A DNA stretch of 64,000 nucleotides from assembly GCA_035288925.1 (NCBI GenBank), contig DATDYS010000013.1, forward strand, positions 22,168-86,167, in the 5' to 3' direction. A model generated the notes under the pieces. The model saw nothing but the letters and a program-made list of their open reading frames with translations, did no database searches and was not told where the DNA came from. Numbering within the stretch: position 1 is the first letter of the stretch; every line of letters starts with the position of its first letter. Source of the stretch: Candidatus Nanoarchaeia archaeon. GTDB lineage: Archaea > Nanobdellota > Nanobdellia > Woesearchaeales > GW2011-AR4. A program made the position numbers and the translations under genes. Of this stretch, positions 27,658-36,652 are shown one piece after another.

Positions 27658-29358
27658 GTGTTTTGTGGTGCAAAAATGATAAACAAACAGCTATATCGTG
27701 AATTGCAGGAATCTATTAAAAATAGCTGCAATTCACGTGATAGACAATTGCGCGTAAATGAAGTAAATCAGCACAATTGTCTATATAAAAATTTGGAGAT
27801 AGGAAGTGTTGTTCCGATAGTTGAAACACTCCCTTTTGCAATAAATCCGGTAGAGTATTTTGCAAAATTATCTGATTACGGAAGAAAGAAAAATTCATTA
27901 TTATTTGAATCAGCTTCAATCGTGCCAAAATATGGCGAGAGGAGCTTGGGGACTTCTGACCCGTGCCTTAAAATAATCGGCAGAGGGGAATCTTTTGAGA
28001 TAACTGCCCTGAATAAGGCTGGAATTAAATTCCTTGATTTTCTTAAGAATGATTTTGATTTTTGCGATGAAGTTGAATATTCCAAAGATTACATTAAGGG
28101 AAAATTAAAGCCAAAAAGGGAAAATGTAAGTGAAAATGAAAGATTGAAGCTGAAAAACCATACGGATATTTTAAGGGCAATTGCATTCAAGTTTAAGCCT
28201 GCTTCAAAACCATTTATTCCTTACTGCGGGCTTTTTGGCGCGATTTCTTATGACTTCATAGATCAGTTTGAGGATTTGCCCAAAAATGAAATTGATTTAT
28301 TGGAAGATGCTGATTATGTTTTTTATTTTGTGGATAATTTGTTTATGGTTGACCACAAGGAGCAAAAAACTTATTTTGCCGCAAACGCGCTGGTCACTAA
28401 AGATTTTGAAGAAGCTTATTCTGAATGCATTTCAAAGATTCAAAATTACAAAGAGTTAGTTAATGAAAAATTTGACGCTTCCAAACTTAATGATAATCCA
28501 AATAAATCTAAAATAAAATTTGAAAGTGATACAACCAAAGAAGAGTTTATAGAGCAGGTAAATAAGATTAAAAACCATATTTTGGCCGGCGATGTTTACC
28601 AGTGTGTTATATCAAGGACTATTAGCACTGAGTTTAATGGAAACGCTTTTGATATTTATAAAAAATTGAAGGAAGTAAATCCAAGCCCTTACATGTTTTA
28701 TATCAACAATTCAGACGAAATTGTTCTTGGAGCTTCTCCTGAGATGAATTTAAGAGTCGAAGGTGACAAGGAGAAAATAGTTGAAATTCGACCAATTGCA
28801 GGAACAAAGCCAAGAGGAATAGTAAATAGTAAAATTGATTCTGATTTGGATTCAAGATATGAGATTGAATTAAAAACTGATGCAAAGGAGATTGCAGAGC
28901 ATACAATGCTTGTTGATCTAGCAAGGAATGATATCGCCAGAATTTCAAAGCCCGGAACAAGGTATGTTGACGAGCCTTATACGATTGAGAAATATTCTCA
29001 TGTGCAGCATTTGGTTTCAAATGTTTCAGGTGTCTTGAAAGATGACTTGGATGCTTTGCATGCTTACCTTGCGACGATGAACATGGGAACTTTGAGCGGG
29101 GCTCCAAAGGTCGAGGCAATGAAACTGATTAGATTGTATGAAAAGACGAAAAGAGGATTTTATGGCGGGGCAGTTGGATATCTAACGCCAAGTGGAGATA
29201 TGGATAGTGCTATTTTGATACGTTCTATTAGAATTAAAGATAAAAAAGCTTATGTCAGGGTTGGTTCCGGGATTGTACATGATAGCAATCCTGAGTCTGA
29301 GTTTGTTGAAACTGAAAGAAAGGCTAGGGCTTGTTTGAAAGCTATTGAAGGTGTTTAA
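27658..29358 (+). CDS. trpE: anthranilate synthase component I
   Basis: 566 aa. Chorismate-binding core LVDLARNDIARIS...GAPKVEAM. Has insertions. Confidence 0.9.
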   Translation: MFCGAKMINKQLYRELQESIKNSCNSRDRQLRVNEVNQHNCLYKNLEIGSVVPIVETLPFAINPVEYFAKLSDYGRKKNSLLFESASIVPKYGERSLGTSDPCLKIIGRGESFEITALNKAGIKFLDFLKNDFDFCDEVEYSKDYIKGKLKPKRENVSENERLKLKNHTDILRAIAFKFKPASKPFIPYCGLFGAISYDFIDQFEDLPKNEIDLLEDADYVFYFVDNLFMVDHKEQKTYFAANALVTKDFEEAYSECISKIQNYKELVNEKFDASKLNDNPNKSKIKFESDTTKEEFIEQVNKIKNHILAGDVYQCVISRTISTEFNGNAFDIYKKLKEVNPSPYMFYINNSDEIVLGASPEMNLRVEGDKEKIVEIRPIAGTKPRGIVNSKIDSDLDSRYEIELKTDAKEIAEHTMLVDLARNDIARISKPGTRYVDEPYTIEKYSHVQHLVSNVSGVLKDDLDALHAYLATMNMGTLSGAPKVEAMKLIRLYEKTKRGFYGGAVGYLTPSGDMDSAILIRSIRIKDKKAYVRVGSGIVHDSNPESEFVETERKARACLKAIEGV

Positions 29359-29935
29359 TATGAATATCCTGATGATTGATAATTTCGACTCATTCACTTT
29401 CAATTTGGTTGATGAATTTGAAAAAAGAAATTGCAAAGTTCATGTATATAGAAATAATATTAGTCTTGAGAATTTTGAAAGAATAGTTGATGAGATAAAA
29501 CCTTCACTAATTGTTATTTCTCCCGGTCCTTCTACTCCTAAAGATGCTGGAATTTCAATTGATGTTATAAAAAAATATTCCGGTGAAATTCCAATATTTG
29601 GCGTTTGCCTTGGGCATCAGGCAATAATTGAGGCTTTTGGCGGTATTGTAGATAAAGCTCCTGAAGTGTTTCACGGAAAGCCTTCTAAAATCAGCCATGA
29701 TGGGAAAAATATCTACAAAAATCTTTCAAATTCACTGCAGGTTGCAAGGTATCATTCTTTATGCGGCTTAAAAGTTCCTGATTCGCTGGAAGTTACTTCA
29801 AAAACAAACAGTGGAATTGTGATGGGCGTTCGCCATAAGAAATTCTTTGTTGAAGGAGTGCAGTTTCATCCCGAGAGCATTCTAACTCCTGACGGCGGAT
29901 TGATGATTGAAAATTTGTTAGAGGGATTACAATGA
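29345..29935 (+). CDS. trpG: anthranilate synthase component II (class I glutamine amidotransferase)
   Basis: GVCLGHQ catalytic Cys box and HPES His box. Confidence 0.9.
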   Translation: MKVFNMNILMIDNFDSFTFNLVDEFEKRNCKVHVYRNNISLENFERIVDEIKPSLIVISPGPSTPKDAGISIDVIKKYSGEIPIFGVCLGHQAIIEAFGGIVDKAPEVFHGKPSKISHDGKNIYKNLSNSLQVARYHSLCGLKVPDSLEVTSKTNSGIVMGVRHKKFFVEGVQFHPESILTPDGGLMIENLLEGLQ

Positions 29936-30942
29936 TTAAAGAAACAATTTCAAAATTATCAGAAAAAAAGAATTTGACTGAAATTGAAACAGCTAGCACA
30001 ATGGAATTCATAATGGAAGGCAAAGCCACAACTCCGCAAATCAAGGAATTTTTGCTCGGACTGAAAACAAAAGGGGAAACTATTGATGAGATAACCGCGT
30101 GCGCAAGGATAATGAAATCCAAATCAATCAAAATTGATCCCGATGCAATGCATTTGGTTGATACGTGCGGAACTGGCGGAGATAACTCAGGCACTTTCAA
30201 CATTTCAACAGCCGCTGCTTTCGTTGCTGCAGGCGCAGGCGCTTCTGTTGCAAAGCATGGAAATAAATCAATCAGCTCAAAGTGCGGAAGCGCTGATGTA
30301 CTGAAAGCGCTTGGAGTTAATATTGAACTGGAGCCTGAAAAAGTTTCTAAATGCATTGAAAAAGTCGGAATAGGATTTTTGTTTGCTCCAAAATTTCATC
30401 CTGCAATGAAATATGCGATGGACGCTAGGCGGGAACTTGGAGTCAGGACGATTTTTAATATTTTAGGCCCGCTTACTAACCCAGCCGGCGCCAAATCGCA
30501 GTTAATTGGGGTGTTTGATGCAAAATTAATGCCTATCATGGCAAATGTTTTGAAGAATCTTGGAAGCAGGCATGCAATGATTGTAAATGCAAATGGATTG
30601 GATGAAATTTCAATAAGCTCTAAAACCGATGTTTTTGAATTAAAGCATGGAGAAATTCATAATTATTCCATTAATCCTTCTGATTTTGGATTTGAATTAA
30701 GCTCGATTGAAACTTTAAAGGGAGATGCGCCTGAAGAGAATTCCAAGATTATTACTGACGTTTTAAATGGATTGAAAGGGCCTAAAAGAGATGTGGTTGT
30801 GTTAAATGCCGCAGCAGCTTTATTGGTTTGCGGTCTTGCAAAAGATTTTGAAGGTGGGATTGCAATGGCTTCAAGGTCGATTGATAGCGGCAATGCGTTG
30901 GAAAAACTAAAACTTTTGAGGGAACAGAATGGACATTCTTGA
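29932..30942 (+). CDS. trpD: anthranilate phosphoribosyltransferase
   Basis: DTCGTGGD motif, KHGN. Confidence 0.9.
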   Translation: MIKETISKLSEKKNLTEIETASTMEFIMEGKATTPQIKEFLLGLKTKGETIDEITACARIMKSKSIKIDPDAMHLVDTCGTGGDNSGTFNISTAAAFVAAGAGASVAKHGNKSISSKCGSADVLKALGVNIELEPEKVSKCIEKVGIGFLFAPKFHPAMKYAMDARRELGVRTIFNILGPLTNPAGAKSQLIGVFDAKLMPIMANVLKNLGSRHAMIVNANGLDEISISSKTDVFELKHGEIHNYSINPSDFGFELSSIETLKGDAPEENSKIITDVLNGLKGPKRDVVVLNAAAALLVCGLAKDFEGGIAMASRSIDSGNALEKLKLLREQNGHS

Positions 30943-31699
30943 CAAATTCATTGAACAGGCAAAAGAAAATGTGAAACGCGGATATTATGATATATCGCGT
31001 GGGGCTATGCTTGATATAAAGCGAAATTCCCTAAAGCAAAAACTGCTGTCCCAATATTTTACGTTAATTGCTGAAATAAAGCACGCTTCCCCTGCAGGAG
31101 AGTATTCTTTTGATGATGTGGATGCAAATGAGCTGGCATTCAAGTTCAAAAAAGCAGGCGCAGATGCCATTTCAGTTGTGGTAGAGCCAAGAATTTTCAA
31201 AGGGCGCCTGGATAACATCACTATCGCAAAGAAAACTAATTTGCCCGTGCTTTTCAAGGATTTTATCATTGGGGAAACACAAATTAAAAGCGCTGCTGCA
31301 TTGGGAGCAGACTGCATACTTTTGATTGTAAAAGTCGGAGAAAGGCTGAATTTGGATATTGGCAAACTGATAAGAAGAGCGCATTCTTATGGCATGGAGG
31401 TTTTGCTGGAGTGCTATGATAAAGAAGAAGCCCAAAAAGCATTAAGGACAGAAGCAGATATCATTGGCATAAACAACAGGGACCTAAAAACTCTTAAAGT
31501 CGATTTAAATCAGACAAGGGAAATGATGGAATATCTTAGAACTCAAAATCGCCCGGTAATAAGCGAAAGCGGAATAAAGTCAGATAAAGATGCTGAATTT
31601 GTCAAATTGCAAGGTGTCAATGGAATATTGGTCGGCACTGCCATCTGGACTGCAAATGACCAATACGCTAAAATAAAAGAGCTTAGGCTGCGTGAATGA
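30929..31699 (+). CDS. trpC: indole-3-glycerol phosphate synthase (monofunctional; no TrpF domain)
   Basis: 256 aa. IAEIKHASP and INNRDLKT motifs. Confidence 0.85.
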   Translation: MDILDKFIEQAKENVKRGYYDISRGAMLDIKRNSLKQKLLSQYFTLIAEIKHASPAGEYSFDDVDANELAFKFKKAGADAISVVVEPRIFKGRLDNITIAKKTNLPVLFKDFIIGETQIKSAAALGADCILLIVKVGERLNLDIGKLIRRAHSYGMEVLLECYDKEEAQKALRTEADIIGINNRDLKTLKVDLNQTREMMEYLRTQNRPVISESGIKSDKDAEFVKLQGVNGILVGTAIWTANDQYAKIKELRLRE

Positions 31700-31792
31700 T
31701 ATATTCAAATTAACAAAATAAATGAATATTATGCGGAGAGAATATTAAATAAAATAACACAAAGAAATTGAATCGAGACTTTATGTCTCTTC

Positions 31793-31857
31793 AAGCTTGA
31801 CGAGTTTCTTTTGGTCAAGCTTTTCTTTGTTAAAGAAAAGGTTGTTGGTGAACAATA
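31793..31857 (+). promoter_or_regulatory. conserved leader element: AAGCTTGAC-N12-GTCAAGCTT palindrome plus TTTCTTTGTTAAAGAAAAGGTTGTTGG, upstream of trpB
   Basis: Perfect 9-bp inverted repeat. The downstream 35-nt block recurs almost unchanged at 35494-35524 (aroB leader) and inverted at 43075-43114. Confidence 0.6.
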
Positions 31858-33033
31858 ATGAAAACTTTAGGAAAATTTGGAGACTTCGGAGGAATATTTG
31901 TTCCGGAAACTTTGATTCCGGCGCTTGAAGAATTGGAAGAAGCGTTTTTTAGGTTGAAGGATGATAAAAAGTTTAATTCCGAGCTAAAAGATTTGCTTGA
32001 GAAATACGCGGGAAGGCCGACTGCTTTAACTTTCTGCCCAAATTTAAGCAGGAAGCTTGGCTTTAAGCTTTATCTTAAGCGGGAAGATTTGCTGCACACA
32101 GGCGCCCATAAGATAAACAATGCTTTGGGGCAGGCTTTGCTTGCAAAATACATCGGAAAGAAAAGATTGATTGCAGAAACGGGTGCAGGGCAGCATGGAG
32201 TTGCAACTGCAACAGCCGGAGCCCGCCTTAATTTCAAGACAGATGTTTACATGGGCTCAAAAGACATTGAAAGGCAGAAATTAAATGTCCTTAGGATGAA
32301 ACTGCTTGGCGCAAATGTTGTTCCCGTTGAATCAGGCTCTAAAACTCTTAAGGATGCCATTAATGAGGCACTTCGTGACTGGACTGCCAATGTTGAAGAT
32401 ACTCATTATCTTCTTGGAAGTGTACTGGGGCCGCATCCGTTTCCAACCATGATTAAATATTTCCAGAGCGTAGTTGGAATTGAAGCGCGGAAGCAGATAC
32501 TTGAAGCTGAGGGCAGATTGCCTACCCATATAATTGCCTGTGTCGGAGGCGGCTCAAATGCTATCGGAATCTTTAATTCATTCATTGATGATAAAAGCGT
32601 GGGATTGATTGGCGTGGAAGCCGGTGGGGAAGGGATTAAGGGCGGAAATCACGCTGCCCGTTTTGCAGATTCTTCGCTTGGAAGAGTCGGAGTCATACAC
32701 GGCACGAAAACATTTGTCTTGCAGGATAAATACGGCCAGATACACAATACTTCTTCAATAGCCGCAGGCCTTGATTATTGCGCTGTTGGACCTGAGCATA
32801 GCTTATTGAGAGATATTAAAAGAGTTTTATACACTTATGCAACTGATTTGGAGACACTTGATGCTTTTAAGGTATTATCTAAAGAAGAAGGGATTATTCC
32901 TGCGCTTGAAAGCGCGCATGCTGTTGCTCATATTTTGAAAATTGGCAAGAGCTTGAAGAAGGACGATGTTGTAATAGTAAACCTATCGGGAAGGGGAGAT
33001 AAGGATTTGGATCAGATTCAGGAATATCTTTGA
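31858..33033 (+). CDS. trpB: tryptophan synthase beta chain
   Basis: 391 aa. [12 protein letters not shown]-lysine motif. Confidence 0.95.
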   Translation: MKTLGKFGDFGGIFVPETLIPALEELEEAFFRLKDDKKFNSELKDLLEKYAGRPTALTFCPNLSRKLGFKLYLKREDLLHTGAHKINNALGQALLAKYIGKKRLIAETGAGQHGVATATAGARLNFKTDVYMGSKDIERQKLNVLRMKLLGANVVPVESGSKTLKDAINEALRDWTANVEDTHYLLGSVLGPHPFPTMIKYFQSVVGIEARKQILEAEGRLPTHIIACVGGGSNAIGIFNSFIDDKSVGLIGVEAGGEGIKGGNHAARFADSSLGRVGVIHGTKTFVLQDKYGQIHNTSSIAAGLDYCAVGPEHSLLRDIKRVLYTYATDLETLDAFKVLSKEEGIIPALESAHAVAHILKIGKSLKKDDVVIVNLSGRGDKDLDQIQEYL

Positions 33034-33134
33034 TTTAAGATTTGATTTTGATTAGGATAATTAGGATTAAAATAAAAATAAAACATTAATGGCAGGCAAA
33101 CACGGGTTTTCTTGGTGAAAACCCTACTCACAAG

Positions 33135-33166
33135 GGAAATTTCCGAACTTCGTAACGGAAATTTCC
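33135..33166 (+). promoter_or_regulatory. intercistronic stem-loop GGAAATTTCC-N12-GGAAATTTCC between trpB and trpA
   Basis: Two copies of the self-complementary 10-mer GGAAATTTCC at 33135-33144 and 33157-33166. Confidence 0.4.
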
Positions 33167-33220
33167 TCTGCATTCGGTTTGCCGCCATACGACTCAGTTT
33201 TCGTCCAACGGAACTTCAAA

Positions 33221-34030
33221 ATGAAAACCTATGAAGAAGTTTTTTCAAATCTGAAAAAGGAAAATAAAGGCGCTTTGGTTGCTTTTATCGTAGCCGGAGA
33301 CCCTGATTACGAGACTAGCCTTCAAATAGCAAAAGCAGTTTGCGATGCAGGTGCTGATATTCTTGAAATCGGGCTGCCGTTTTCCGACCCTATCGCTGAC
33401 GGAAAGACCATACAGGCTGCTGATATACGGGCTTTAGGGAATGGAATGAATACTGACCTATTTTTTAAGTTTGTAAGCGATTTAAGGAAGCATACTGATG
33501 TTCCCATTGGCGTATTGTCATATTATAATCTTGTTTACCAAAGAGGCATAGAGAAATTCTGCATTGATTCAGGGAAAGCCGGAATCAACAGCATCCTGAT
33601 TGCTGACATGACAATAGAGGAAAGCGATTCAATGATTCTTAATGCCAAGAGGCACTCTGTTGAAACTGTTTTCATGATAACTCCGCTTACAAATGATTTG
33701 AGGATAAAAGAAATATCTTTACATTCCAATGGATTTATTTATCTGGTTTCAAGGCTTGGAGTCACAGGCGCCAGAGAGGATTTAAGCAAATCCACTTTGG
33801 AATTAATTAAAAGAGTCAGGAAATTTACTGACAAACCTCTTTGCGTTGGATTTGGAATAAGCACAGCTTCCCATGTTCAAGATGTAATTAACGCAGGCGC
33901 AGACGGCGCAATTGTCGGAAGCGCGATTGTCAAGATTATTGAAGAGAATTTAGAAAACAAAAAAAAGATGGTGGAAGAAGTTAAGGAGTTTGTGAAAGGA
34001 TTAAAAAACACAACATTTAAAAACACATAA
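33221..34030 (+). CDS. trpA: tryptophan synthase alpha chain
   Basis: ORF track frame from 33179. The likely start is MKTYEEV at 33221. Motifs GLPFSDPIADG, GFGIS, GSAIV. Confidence 0.85.
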   Translation: MKTYEEVFSNLKKENKGALVAFIVAGDPDYETSLQIAKAVCDAGADILEIGLPFSDPIADGKTIQAADIRALGNGMNTDLFFKFVSDLRKHTDVPIGVLSYYNLVYQRGIEKFCIDSGKAGINSILIADMTIEESDSMILNAKRHSVETVFMITPLTNDLRIKEISLHSNGFIYLVSRLGVTGAREDLSKSTLELIKRVRKFTDKPLCVGFGISTASHVQDVINAGADGAIVGSAIVKIIEENLENKKKMVEEVKEFVKGLKNTTFKNT

Positions 34031-34213
34031 TCAATCTTATCAATAATATGGAAAGCATCGTTTCAACTTCAAATGTAAGTTCTTTTAGCTATTTCTATTT
34101 CTGGCAGTAAGCCAGACCACCATAATTTTTAAATCATTGGCAATTTCAAGCCTTGATAGGGCTATATTCAGTTTTATCAAGTCGCTTTGAGTTCGGCACG
34201 CCACCATGGCGCT

Positions 34214-34288
34214 GGCTTGACGGGGGTTGTCCCGTGACATGTGAGCGAGTTCGCAACGAGCTCACTCGCAAGTCACTGGGTGTCAAGC
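34214..34288. repeat. second copy of the ~70-bp palindromic element (GCTTGAC...GTGACATGTGAGCGAGT...GAGCTCACTCGCAAGTCAC...GTCAAGC), upstream of the DAHP synthase gene
   Basis: Shares TGACATGTGAGCGAGT, GAGCTCACTCGCAAGTC and GTCAAGC with 740-808. Confidence 0.6.
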
Positions 34289-34369
34289 GAGGCGAAGCCG
34301 ACAGCCGCCATTGTGTGGCGTGCACTAATAAGAATAAACAATTAAAATCAATCAACGGAGGAAACTAAA

Positions 34370-35386
34370 ATGATAATCGTATTGAAAGAAGAAACATCAA
34401 AAGAGGAAATAAAAGATTTAATAGAGAAAATAAAAGAAACCGAGTTAAGGCCGGTTGAGTTCAATGGAGACGAAAGAACTGTAATCCATGTTCTGGGAAA
34501 CGTCACAGAGCAGACTGTAAACAGCTTCAGCTCCATTAAATGCGTTGAAAGGGTAATGAGAATTCTAAAGCCGTTCAAGCTGGCGTCTAAAGAGCATCAT
34601 CAGGGAACAACTGTTGTAAGAGTTGGAGATGTGAGTATAGGAAACGGAGAGATAACCGTAATAGCAGGCCCCTGCTCGATTGAATCAGAAGAGCAGATAA
34701 TGGAATCAGCAAACATAATGAAGAAATTGGGAATAAAAATCATGAGAGCTTCAGCATTCAAGCCAAGAACTTCGCCTTACGATTTCCAGGGAATGGGGAT
34801 AAAAGGATTAAAGCTGTTAAAGAAAGTCAAGGAAAAAACAGGAATATTAACAGAAACAGAAGTAATGGACGTAAGGGACGTTCCCATAGCTGCAGAATAT
34901 GTTGATGTCCTGAGAGTTGGAGCAAGAAACATGCAGAACTATGACTTGTTAAAGGAATTGGGAAAGATAAACAAGCCGGTCATATTAAAAAGGGGAATGT
35001 CAGCCACAATCAATGAATTCCTGATGGCAGCTGAATACGTACTATACCACGGCAACAAAGATGTGATATTATGCGAAAGGGGAATAAGGACTTTCGAGAC
35101 CGCTTACAGAAACACTTTGGATGTAGGCGCAGTTGCAGTATTAAAAAACATGACGCATTTGCCTGTGATAGTTGACCCAAGCCACGCAGCCGGAAAAAGA
35201 GAATTAATTGCACCGTTAAGCAAGGCAGCGATTGCAGCAGGGGCAGACGGGTTATTAATTGAATGCCATCCAAATCCAGAGAAAGCACTAAGCGATGGAG
35301 CGCAATCCATATATCCTGAGCAGTTAGCGCAATTGTTAAAAGATCTAAAGCCTTTATGCGAGGCTTTGGGAAGAAAATTGGGTTAA
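34370..35386 (+). CDS. 3-deoxy-7-phosphoheptulonate (DAHP) synthase, class I-beta, with N-terminal ferredoxin-like regulatory domain
   Basis: 338 aa. ~70-aa N-terminal extension, then the KDO8PS/DAHPS I-beta core (CSIESEEQ, KPRTSPY, DPSHA). Confidence 0.8.
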   Translation: MIIVLKEETSKEEIKDLIEKIKETELRPVEFNGDERTVIHVLGNVTEQTVNSFSSIKCVERVMRILKPFKLASKEHHQGTTVVRVGDVSIGNGEITVIAGPCSIESEEQIMESANIMKKLGIKIMRASAFKPRTSPYDFQGMGIKGLKLLKKVKEKTGILTETEVMDVRDVPIAAEYVDVLRVGARNMQNYDLLKELGKINKPVILKRGMSATINEFLMAAEYVLYHGNKDVILCERGIRTFETAYRNTLDVGAVAVLKNMTHLPVIVDPSHAAGKRELIAPLSKAAIAAGADGLLIECHPNPEKALSDGAQSIYPEQLAQLLKDLKPLCEALGRKLG

Positions 35387-35439
35387 AAACAATAAAAACT
35401 AAAAATAAAACAAGAAAAATAAGGGCTTTATGCCCTTCC

Positions 35440-35524
35440 AAGCTTGACGAGTTCCTCTTCAAGAGGGCTTTGAACTTTGTTCAAAACTTTTTTGTCAAGC
35501 TTTTTCTTGTGGAGAAAAAGGTTG
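35440..35524 (+). promoter_or_regulatory. conserved leader element, aroB copy (AAGCTTGACGAGTT ... GTCAAGCTTTTTCTTGTGGAGAAAAAGGTTGATGG)
   Basis: Same 5' AAGCTTGACGAGTT and 3' GTCAAGCTTTT-CTTTGT-AGAAAAGGTTG-TGG blocks as the trpB leader. Confidence 0.6.
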
Positions 35525-36652
35525 ATGGACACCATAAATGCGAAGATAAAATCAAAGGAATACGATTACCAGATTTTCGTAGGCAGCTCTATCCTAAACG
35601 AACTGGCAGATTTTATTAAAAAAAATCACAGCGGAAAGAAAGTTGCAGTCATAATGGGAGAGCACACCAGCAGGCTGCACAAGCCAAAGCTCGGCAAAAT
35701 ATTAAGCGACCTAAACCCATTGTTCATAACAGTCCCTTCAGGAGAATCTTCCAAATCCAGGGAAATGAAGGAAGAAATAGAGGACAATTTATTAGACCAT
35801 AAGTTCGGAAGGGATTCTTTAATCATAGCAATTGGCGGCGGAGTAATCGGAGATTTAGCCGGATTCGTGGCATCGACTTTCAACAGGGGGATTCCGGTAA
35901 TTCATGTGCCGACTACTTTATTGGCAATGGCAGACTCATCCATCGGCGGGAAAACGGCGATAAACACAAAGCACGGAAAGAATTTAATCGGAACTTTCCA
36001 CCAGCCCGATGCGGTATTTGTTGACATGGATTTTCTGGAAACGCTGCCGGATGACGAATTCAAAAGCGGATTGGGAGAAATCATAAAGCAGGGAATAATA
36101 CAAGACAAAGAACTGTTCAATTTTCTGGAAAAACACTGCAAGGAAATTCTTGAAAGAAAAAAAGACGTCCTGCAGCATATAATAAAGCGCTCAATTGAAT
36201 TAAAAAAGCAGGTTTTTGAATTGGACTCTCATGAAATGGGTTTGAGGCAGATTCTGAATTTCGGGCACACTTTCGGGCATGCTTTGGAAGCATATTACAA
36301 TTACAAGATAAAGCACGGATTTGCAGTAGCCATAGGAATGGTTGTAGAAGCAAGAATTTCAGCAATGACAAATAGTCTAAAGGAAAATGAGGAAGAAAGA
36401 ATCAGAAACATGATTAAAATATTCGGGTTTCCCATGTCTGATTCCGCCGGCACTTCAAAAATAATGGAACTTATGGTATCGGACAAGAAATCAAAAGGAA
36501 ACCGGCCAAGGTTTGTCTTGATTGACAGAATAGGAAAAGCAAAAGAAAAAGACGGCAGTTTCTCGTTTGAAGTTGACAGCAAGGTCGTAGAAGAAGCGAT
36601 AGAAAAAAGCAAAGATGAGTATGATTCAAAAACCAATCAGTTAATAAAATGA
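35525..36652 (+). CDS. aroB: 3-dehydroquinate synthase
   Basis: The ORF track starts at 35477. The likely start is MDTINAK at 35525, which falls inside the conserved leader block. Motifs GGGVIGDLAGF and the metal-binding His region. Confidence 0.85.
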   Translation: MDTINAKIKSKEYDYQIFVGSSILNELADFIKKNHSGKKVAVIMGEHTSRLHKPKLGKILSDLNPLFITVPSGESSKSREMKEEIEDNLLDHKFGRDSLIIAIGGGVIGDLAGFVASTFNRGIPVIHVPTTLLAMADSSIGGKTAINTKHGKNLIGTFHQPDAVFVDMDFLETLPDDEFKSGLGEIIKQGIIQDKELFNFLEKHCKEILERKKDVLQHIIKRSIELKKQVFELDSHEMGLRQILNFGHTFGHALEAYYNYKIKHGFAVAIGMVVEARISAMTNSLKENEEERIRNMIKIFGFPMSDSAGTSKIMELMVSDKKSKGNRPRFVLIDRIGKAKEKDGSFSFEVDSKVVEEAIEKSKDEYDSKTNQLIK

